DNA of 64,000 bases, taken from the NCBI GenBank assembly GCA_965277605.1, contig CBDIDF010000004.1, positions 845,045-909,044 on the forward strand, written 5' to 3'. The position numbers and the translations under genes were made by a program. Positions 57,686 to 64,000 of this stretch are shown one piece after another; position 1 is the stretch's first letter, and every line of letters starts with the position of its first letter. This DNA comes from Solirubrobacteraceae bacterium. Its GTDB lineage: Bacteria > Actinomycetota > Thermoleophilia > Solirubrobacterales > Solirubrobacteraceae. The notes under the pieces were generated by a model. The model saw only the letters and a list, made by a program, of their open reading frames with translations. It made no database searches and was not told where the DNA came from.

Positions 57686-57941
57686 ACCAACCGGCAGCGG
57701 CTGGGCAGCCCCGATAACTCGAGGAGGCGTCAGCCTTGCGGGTGCGATGGAGGATCGATCATGAGCGTCACCTGGGACTGGCTTGAGTGGCCGGCCGGCC
57801 TCAGCGTCGCCGACCACGGCCCGGCGATGACATCGCTGCGAGCTCCGGTCGGGACATACCCGCCAAACGAACCCTGCCAGGCTCCCGCGCCACCCGGAGC
57901 GTGACCGAGGCATCCCCACCGCCCCACATGGACCCGTGCCG

Positions 57942-58505
57942 TCACGTGTAGATCCGAGTCAGCGCGATCTCGGCGAGCAGGCCGACGGGAACCGTGAGCA
58001 CGAGCCACCGCAGGCGCTGCAGGCGTCGCAGCAGCGCGACGCACACGACCGCGCCGAGCGCGACCCACAGCCAGCCGTTCTCGTCGTAGTGCAGCTCATG
58101 GAAGTACGTCCACAGCCCCTCGGCGAAGAACGCCGCGGCAAGCGTGGCGCCTCCGAGGCCCCGGATCGCCGGGCGCCCGCGACGGGCGATGTGGCCTGCG
58201 AGGCCGAACAGCGGGCCGCCGACGGCGGCGCACACCGCCCAGAAGACGATCAGCGAGGTGGACACGGGGAAGTCGCGGATCGCAGAGGTCCCGTCGTAGG
58301 CGCCGAGCTGCAGCAGCGCACAGGCGAGGCCCGCGCCGGCCGCTCCGCGACGGGTGCGCATGAGCACGCCGAGCACGAACGGCGCGACGAGCCAGGCGCT
58401 GGCCGAGTTGGCCAGCGGCGCCAGCGCCCTGACGAGATGGGTCTGCCCGAACGAGGTGAGCACCCCGACGACGAGGCCGACGACGATCACGGCCACCGTG
58501 CGCAT
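57942..58505 (-). CDS. Integral membrane protein of unknown function
   Basis: There are about 5-6 hydrophobic helices (VAVIVVGLVVGVLTSFGQ...NSASAWLVAPFVLGVL...). I chose the start at ATG 58505; the track ORF extends to 58733 through Arg-rich sequence. Confidence 0.55.
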   Translation of the reverse strand: MRTVAVIVVGLVVGVLTSFGQTHLVRALAPLANSASAWLVAPFVLGVLMRTRRGAAGAGLACALLQLGAYDGTSAIRDFPVSTSLIVFWAVCAAVGGPLFGLAGHIARRGRPAIRGLGGATLAAAFFAEGLWTYFHELHYDENGWLWVALGAVVCVALLRRLQRLRWLVLTVPVGLLAEIALTRIYT

Positions 58506-58650
58506 GCGCGCCCGGTCGGTGCGCTCCTGCTCGCGGGAGGGCGGGCTGGGCGCAACGTCCGGACCGCCATCCTCGGTCCTGGGCGGGGTGACCACGGCGC
58601 CAGAATACCCGCGCACGGACGGGGCCACTATCGACCGGTAGCCTCGAACG

Positions 58651-59922
58651 GTGACCCGCCCGCGACTGCTGCCCGACCTCACGCCGTTCCGGCGCAGCCG
58701 CGATCTGCGCCTCGTCGTCGCCGGCAACTTCATCTCGAATCTCGGAGCCCAGGCGACCCTCGTCGCGCTCCCCTACCAGCTCTACGTCGTCACCCATTCC
58801 GCGCTCCTGGTCGGGCTGCTCGGCGCCGTCGAGCTCGGTCCGCTCGTGGGCATGTCGCTCGTGGGTGGGGCGATCGCGGATCGCGCGGACCGGCGGCGGC
58901 TGCTGCTCGTCACCCAGATCGGGGTCGTGATCTGCGCCGGCGGGCTGGCGGTCGCCGCGTTGCACGGGCATCCCGCGCTGGCCACGCTGTACGTGCTCGG
59001 CGGCCTGCTGGCCGGCTGCAACGCGCTGCAGAACGCGGCTCGCTCGGCGATCATCCCGAACCTGATCGCCGACCGGGAGATGCTCGCGCCGGCGATCGCC
59101 GCCAACTACGGCCTCTCGAGCCTCTCGACCGTCGTCGGACCCGGCGTCGGCGGCGTGCTCATCGGGGTCTTCGGGGTCCAGGCGGCGTACACGATCGACG
59201 CCTGCTCCTGCCTCGCGGTCGTGCTCACGGTGCTCCCGATCGCGGCCCAGCCCCCGCAGGCGGCGCCCGCCGCCCACGAATCGCTCACGCGCTCGATCGC
59301 CGAGGGGCTGCGCTACGTGCGCGGCAACCGCGCGCTCGTCGGGTCGTTCGCGATCGACCTGATCGCGATGACGTTCGGGATGCCACGCGCCCTGTTCGCG
59401 GTGCTGTCGCTCAGCGTCTACCACGCCGGCGCGGGCGGGACGGGACTGCTCTACGCCGCGGTCGCCGTCGGCGCAACCGCCGCCGCAGTGCTCAGCGGCT
59501 GGGTCAAGCACGCCCGGCGGCTGGGGATCATCTGCATCTGGGCGGTGACGGCCTGGGGCGTGGCGATCACCGCGGCGGGCCTGATGGGCTCGATCTGGCT
59601 CGCGGCGGCGATGCTCGCGGTCGCCGGAGGCGCGGACTCGATCAGCGCCGTGTGCCGCTCGACGATCAACCAGACGATCACGCCCGACCGGATGCGCGGC
59701 AGGATGTCGTCGGTGTTCGGGCTCGTGGTCACCGGCGGTCCGCGCCTGGGCGACATCGAGTCCGGCACGGTGGCCGGGGCGGCCGGCGTCCGCGTCTCGG
59801 TCGTCTCGGGCGGCGTGGCCTGCCTGATCGGGGTGGCGGCGATCGCGCTCGCCTTTCCCGCGTTGGCCCGGTATGACACCGAGGACTGGATCGACGCGCC
59901 GTCCGTCGCCCAGGCGGCGTGA
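58651..59922 (+). CDS. MFS transporter (EntS/enterobactin-exporter-like family)
   Basis: 423 aa with about 12 TM. The N-terminal FRRSRDLRLVVAGNFISNLGAQATLVALPYQLY is typical of MFS_3 transporters. The start is GTG. Confidence 0.85.
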   Translation: MTRPRLLPDLTPFRRSRDLRLVVAGNFISNLGAQATLVALPYQLYVVTHSALLVGLLGAVELGPLVGMSLVGGAIADRADRRRLLLVTQIGVVICAGGLAVAALHGHPALATLYVLGGLLAGCNALQNAARSAIIPNLIADREMLAPAIAANYGLSSLSTVVGPGVGGVLIGVFGVQAAYTIDACSCLAVVLTVLPIAAQPPQAAPAAHESLTRSIAEGLRYVRGNRALVGSFAIDLIAMTFGMPRALFAVLSLSVYHAGAGGTGLLYAAVAVGATAAAVLSGWVKHARRLGIICIWAVTAWGVAITAAGLMGSIWLAAAMLAVAGGADSISAVCRSTINQTITPDRMRGRMSSVFGLVVTGGPRLGDIESGTVAGAAGVRVSVVSGGVACLIGVAAIALAFPALARYDTEDWIDAPSVAQAA

Positions 59923-59972
59923 GCGCAATCGGGTATGCACAACGACGCGTTGACGTAACCTACACAGAAGAT

Positions 59973-60884
59973 ATGAAACCGACCGGCTACGACTCCTCCT
60001 CCACCCGCCCCGCGCGGTCCCCGCGATCCCCGCGATCCCCCGCGCGGTCCCCCCGGTCGATGCCGTCCACTCGGCCCGGCTACTTCGGCGACCGCTCGAT
60101 GATCCGACGGGTGATGCGCGAGCGCGCCGTCGGCCTCTCGGGGCAGCGCGCGCTGCTCATGCAGGCCGCCCACCCGCTCGCGGTCGCCGGCCTGCTCGCC
60201 CACTCCGACTCACTCGAGGACCCCTACGAGCGCCTCGCGCGCACCGGTCAGGTGATCAACACGATCACGTTCGGCTCGCGCGCCGACGCCGATCGGATGA
60301 CCGCGCGGGTACGGGCGATGCACCGCCGCGTGCGCGGCCGCATCCCCGAGGCGGTCGGCATCTACCCGGCGGGCACGCCCTACCGCGCCGACGACCCCGA
60401 GCTGCTCATGTGGATCCTGTACACGCTCGTCGACTCCGCGACGGTCCTCTACACGACCTACGTCGACCACCTCACGAGGCGGCAGCGAACGGCGCTGTGG
60501 GATGACTACAAGGTGATCGGCGAGCTGTTCGGGCTCACGCTCGCCGAGATGCCCGGGACCCTGGCCGAGCTCGAGCGCTACGGCGCCGAGATGCTCGCCG
60601 GCGACACGCTGGCGGTCGGCGACTGGGCCCGGCGGCGCGCCAAGCAGATCGTGCTCGACCCGCCGGTCTCCAACCGCGCGCGCCCGGTGCTCGAGACGGC
60701 CAACTTCATCACGATCGCGCTGCTGCCCGACACGATCCGCAGCCAGTACGGCTTCTCGCCGCTTGTGCCCGGGATCGCCCGCAAGGCGCTCGTGCACGGC
60801 GGCGCGCTGTACGTCCGCCGTGGCCTGATGCCGCTGCTGCCCGCCACGGTGCGCCGCGTGCCGTCGGCCCGCGCGGCCGCCTGA
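59973..60884 (+). CDS. MpaB/DUF2236-family oxygenase
   Basis: SMIRRVMRERAVGLSGQRALLMQAAHPLAVAGLLAHS...RMTARVRAMHRRVRG is present. I chose the start at ATG 59973. Confidence 0.8.
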   Translation: MKPTGYDSSSTRPARSPRSPRSPARSPRSMPSTRPGYFGDRSMIRRVMRERAVGLSGQRALLMQAAHPLAVAGLLAHSDSLEDPYERLARTGQVINTITFGSRADADRMTARVRAMHRRVRGRIPEAVGIYPAGTPYRADDPELLMWILYTLVDSATVLYTTYVDHLTRRQRTALWDDYKVIGELFGLTLAEMPGTLAELERYGAEMLAGDTLAVGDWARRRAKQIVLDPPVSNRARPVLETANFITIALLPDTIRSQYGFSPLVPGIARKALVHGGALYVRRGLMPLLPATVRRVPSARAAA

Positions 60885-60924
60885 GCGCGCGGCGGCGAGG
60901 CGCGTGCGGGTAGCGTCTGGCGGC

Positions 60925-61731
60925 GTGCCCCGCATCGCGGTCGTCGGCCATGTCGAATGGGTGGAGTTCGTCGGCGTCGAGCGCTACCCGGAGCGCGGCG
61001 GCCTCGAGCAGGGCCACCGGTTCTTCGAGCACGCCGGGGGCGGCGCGGTCGTCGCGGCGGCGGTGCTCGCCCGGCTCGGGGCCGAGGTCTCGTTCTACTG
61101 CGCGCTGGCCGACGACGAGCGCGGCCACCGCGCCCATGCCGAGCTCACCGGACGGGAGATCGCGGTGCACGCCGCGTGGCGCCCGCCGCCGACCCGCTAC
61201 GTGTTCACGATGCTCGACGGAGGCGGCGAGCGGACGATCGTCACCGTCGGCGAGCGGCTGCAGCCCGCGGGCGGCGACGCGCTGGAGTGGGGCGCGCTCG
61301 CGGCGGCCGACGGCGTCTACTTCACCGCCGGCGACGACGACGCGCTCGCCCACGCTCGCCTCGCGAGGTCGCTCGTCGTGACGCCGCGGGCCGGCGACCA
61401 CGCGGCCGGACTGCACGACGTGCCCCGCGTCGACGCGACGGTGTTCAGCGACGGCGACGAGGACGAGGCGCGGTGGGCGCGCGACTGGGAGAGCCACAGC
61501 CGGATCATGGTCGCCACGGCGGGCGACGACGGGGGGCGCTGGTGGGGCGAGTCGGCCGGCCGCTGGCCCGCGGCCCCGGTACCGGGCGAGATCCACGACA
61601 GCTACGGGGCTGGCGACTCGTTCGCCGCCGGCTTCACCTACGGGCTGGCCGCGGGCGGATCGGTGGCCGAGGCGGCCGCGACCGGTGCGCGCTGCGGCGC
61701 CGAGTCGCTCACGCGTATCGGCGCGCCCTGA
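60925..61731 (+). CDS. PfkB-family carbohydrate kinase
   Basis: IAVVGHVEWVEFV...GGGAVVAAAVLARLG is present, with the C-terminal signature GAGDSFAAGFTYGLA. The start is GTG 60925, or alternatively 60904. Confidence 0.8.
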   Translation: MPRIAVVGHVEWVEFVGVERYPERGGLEQGHRFFEHAGGGAVVAAAVLARLGAEVSFYCALADDERGHRAHAELTGREIAVHAAWRPPPTRYVFTMLDGGGERTIVTVGERLQPAGGDALEWGALAAADGVYFTAGDDDALAHARLARSLVVTPRAGDHAAGLHDVPRVDATVFSDGDEDEARWARDWESHSRIMVATAGDDGGRWWGESAGRWPAAPVPGEIHDSYGAGDSFAAGFTYGLAAGGSVAEAAATGARCGAESLTRIGAP

Positions 61732-61782
61732 GGGCCCATTCGCATGGTGGGGACGGCGGTGCCGAGCCGCGCAGAGCGTGGG

Positions 61783-62175
61783 TCAGTCGGCCGTGCGCGG
61801 TGCGTAGCGGTGGTGGAGCATCAGCGCGTTGCCGTTGGGGTCGGCGAAGAAGGCCATGTGGCAGACGCCGGTGTCGAACGTCTCGCCCTGGAACTGAACC
61901 CCGGCCGCCTCCAGGCGGCCGCGCGCGGCCTCCATGTCGTCGACGTGGAGCGCGATCGCGTTCGGGGTCACGTAGTGCTCCATGCCCATGCGCTCGGGGA
62001 CGAGCACGCTGAGCGTGAGGTTGCCGGTCTCGAACTCGGCGAAGCCCCGCTCGGGCACGTGCACCGAGCGGTGCAGGCCGAGCGTGTCGCCGTAGAAGGC
62101 CACCGATGCGTCGAGGTCCTTCGCGGGCACGGCCACGAAGTCGACGCCGGTGATGAGCTGCGCTTCGGTCGTCAT
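61783..62175 (-). CDS. VOC/glyoxalase-family protein
   Basis: GVDFVAVPAKDLDASVAFYGDTLGL...IALHVDDMEAARGRLEAAGVQF...AFFADPNGNALMLH is present. The start is ATG 62175. Confidence 0.85.
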   Translation of the reverse strand: MTTEAQLITGVDFVAVPAKDLDASVAFYGDTLGLHRSVHVPERGFAEFETGNLTLSVLVPERMGMEHYVTPNAIALHVDDMEAARGRLEAAGVQFQGETFDTGVCHMAFFADPNGNALMLHHRYAPRTAD

Positions 62176-62338
62176 CGTTTCCTCCAGGATCGGGCCCGGG
62201 CGCGGGCCGCTGTGCAGAGCCGCCGTGATCCTCTCACGGCGACCTCCGTCGGGTGAGAAGGTTGAGTGACCTGTCCCCCCGGGGGCCGGCCGTTCGTCTC
62301 TGAGGAAACGACAACCCCTCCGACCCAAGGAGAGCCAC

Positions 62339-62701
62339 ATGAGGTACGCGCTGTTGATCTATTCCGCTCCCGGCTCGATGGACCACCTGAGCAAGGACGA
62401 GTACGCCGCGGTCTCCAAGGAGTTCTGGGCGGTGAGTGACGATCCGGCCTGCATCGACGGTGCTCAGCTGCAGCCCGCCACGACCGCGACCACGCTCCGC
62501 GAGCGAGACGGCCGGACGCTCGTCACCGACGGCCCGTTCGCCGACACCAAGGAGGTGTTCGGCGGCTACTACGTCGTCGATGTCCCCGACCTCGATGCGG
62601 CGACCGCGATCGCCGAGCGGATCCCGGTCACCCGTTTCGGTGGGGCCGTCGAGATCCGTCCGGCGGTCGGCGCCCCGGTGGCCGCGGAGTCACAGGCCTA
62701 G
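62339..62701 (+). CDS. YciI-like (DGPF) family protein
   Basis: MRYALLIY...VTDGPFADTKEVFGGYYVVDVPDLDAATAIAERIP is the DGPFxxxKE signature. Confidence 0.85.
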   Translation: MRYALLIYSAPGSMDHLSKDEYAAVSKEFWAVSDDPACIDGAQLQPATTATTLRERDGRTLVTDGPFADTKEVFGGYYVVDVPDLDAATAIAERIPVTRFGGAVEIRPAVGAPVAAESQA

Positions 62702-62739
62702 TGTCCCGACCCGCGCGACGCTAGTGGCCCACTAGAGCG

Positions 62740-63918
62740 GTGCTGGAGGCGGTCTTCCGCGAGCAGTGGGGACGCGTGCTCGCCTCGCTCGTCGGCTTCC
62801 TCGGCGACTTCGACCGCGCCGAGGAGGCCGCCGCGGAGGCGTTCGCGACGGCCGCCCAGCGCTGGCCGCGCGACGGCGAGCCCGCCAACCCCACCGCGTG
62901 GCTGATCACGACGGCGCGCAACCGCGCCGTCGACCGACTGCGGCGGGAGCGCACCGAGGCCGCCAGGTACCGGGCGATGGAGGTGGTGGAGGGCGTGGAG
63001 GACGATCTCGACTCACGGTTGGACGGGCGTCCGATCGGCGACGAGCGGCTGGAGCTGCTGTTCTGCTGCTGCCATCCGGCGCTGGCCACCGACGCCCAGG
63101 TGGCGCTGACGCTGCGCGCGCTCGGCGGACTCGAGACCGACGAGATCGCGCGCGCGTTCCTCGTCGCGCCGGAGACGATGAAGCGGCGGCTGTCACGAGC
63201 CAAGGTCAAGATCCGCGACGCCGGGATCCCCTTCGGGCTGCCGCCCGAGGGCCGCCTCCCGGAGCGCCTGTCGGCCGTGCTCGCTGTCATCTACCTGATC
63301 TTCAACGAGGGCTACGGCGGCGACCGCGTCGAGCTCGCCGCCGAGGCGATCCGGCTCGGGAGGGTGCTCACGGCGTTGATGCCCGACGAGTCCGAGGCCC
63401 ACGGCCTGCTCGGGCTGATGCAGCTGCACGAGGCGCGCCGCGGCGCCCGGTTCGCCGGCGGAGAGCTCGTGCGACTCGGCGAGCAGAATCGCCGGCTGTG
63501 GGACGGCGACCGGCTCGCCGCCGGCCGGCTGAGCGTCGAGCGCGCGTTCGCGCTCCGCGGCCGCGGGCCCTACGCGCTGCAGGCGGCGATCGCGGCGCTG
63601 CAGGTGGCCGACACGGTGCGCTGGGACGAGGTCGTCGCGCTCTACCGCGAGCTGCTCGCGCTGACCGCGTCCCCGGTCGTCGCGCTCAACCTGGCGGCGG
63701 CCTGCGCGGAGGCGGGCGACACGGCCGCGGGCCTGGCGCTCGCCGACGCGGTCGCCGACGAGCTCGACGGCTACCGCTACCTGCACTCGACCCGCGGGGA
63801 GCTGCTCGCGCGGCTGGGACGGGGCGACGCGGCCGCTGCCGCGTTTGCCCGAGCGCTCGCGCTGACCGGCGACGGGCCCGAGCGGCGGTTCCTGGAGCGG
63901 CGGCTGGCCGAGCTGTGA
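62740..63918 (+). CDS. ECF sigma factor with a long C-terminal TPR-like extension (ECF42-type)
   Basis: Region 2 is [30 protein letters not shown]...[21 protein letters not shown]. Region 4 is [24 protein letters not shown]-terminal helical-repeat region of about 200 aa follows. It sits immediately downstream of the DGPF gene. Confidence 0.85.
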   Translation: MLEAVFREQWGRVLASLVGFLGDFDRAEEAAAEAFATAAQRWPRDGEPANPTAWLITTARNRAVDRLRRERTEAARYRAMEVVEGVEDDLDSRLDGRPIGDERLELLFCCCHPALATDAQVALTLRALGGLETDEIARAFLVAPETMKRRLSRAKVKIRDAGIPFGLPPEGRLPERLSAVLAVIYLIFNEGYGGDRVELAAEAIRLGRVLTALMPDESEAHGLLGLMQLHEARRGARFAGGELVRLGEQNRRLWDGDRLAAGRLSVERAFALRGRGPYALQAAIAALQVADTVRWDEVVALYRELLALTASPVVALNLAAACAEAGDTAAGLALADAVADELDGYRYLHSTRGELLARLGRGDAAAAAFARALALTGDGPERRFLERRLAEL

Positions 63919-63951
63919 CGCGGCCGCGGCCCAGGGCCCGTGGAAGAACCC

Positions 63952-64000
63952 TCAGTCCTCGAGCAGGGGCACCCACTCCGATTCGAGCCCCACCCGGCCG
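63952..64000 (-). CDS. 3' end of an unidentified minus-strand gene that continues past the window end
   Basis: The reverse frame ends ...GRVGLESEWVPLLED-TGA (stop at 63952-63954). The fragment is too short to identify. Confidence 0.25.
   Translation of the reverse strand, partial: GRVGLESEWVPLLED

Noticed and set aside
57761-57904. A 47-aa ORF downstream of hicA as a candidate HicB antitoxin.
   Set aside because: The sequence (MSVTWDWLEWPAGLSVADHGPAMTSLRAPVGTYPPNEPCQAPAPPGA) has no HicB, RHH or HTH features. It is also separated from hicA by 75 nt.

Overview
High-GC (about 70% or more by eye) chromosomal segment. Gene content looks Actinomycetota-like, possibly Thermoleophilia-type (Conexibacter/Solirubrobacter); this is inference only, no search was run. 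I can support about 60 protein-coding genes, one tRNA-Arg(CCT), several tandem repeat arrays, and a small cluster of decayed mobile elements and pseudogenes. Housekeeping genes: pyrE, a class A PBP, infA, thiL, asnB, otsA, rpsF-ssb-rpsR-rplI, dnaB, purA, pepT and an OmpR/HK two-component pair. Observations that deserve a second look: (1) a partner-switching cluster at 50.3-57.2 kb with two paralogous SigB/F-type sigma factors, two RsbW-like kinases (one fused to a MEDS domain, one carrying an unassigned C-terminal tail), one STAS protein and one PAS-GAF-PP2C phosphatase. (2) A DnaC/DnaI-like AAA+ protein with an N-terminal Cys4 cluster, translationally coupled to dnaB. (3) A five-gene overlapping operon that joins pepT and a fold-type-IV aminotransferase to WecB/WbpB/WbpD-like sugar-nucleotide enzymes; wecB has no canonical start codon. 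(4) A secreted seven-bladed YVTN propeller encoded by seven near-identical 126-bp repeats, next to a group II intron remnant and a truncated rve transposase. (5) Two different perfect tandem arrays (9 bp and 20 bp) in one convergent intergenic region. (6) A 5.4-kb accessory insertion between rplI and dnaB containing pseudogenes, an ECF sigma module and a galM with a near-ideal LacI-type operator. Many long ORFs in the supplied track are antisense or out-of-frame shadows typical of high-GC DNA and were not called. All functional calls come from motif reading by eye; no database search was possible.
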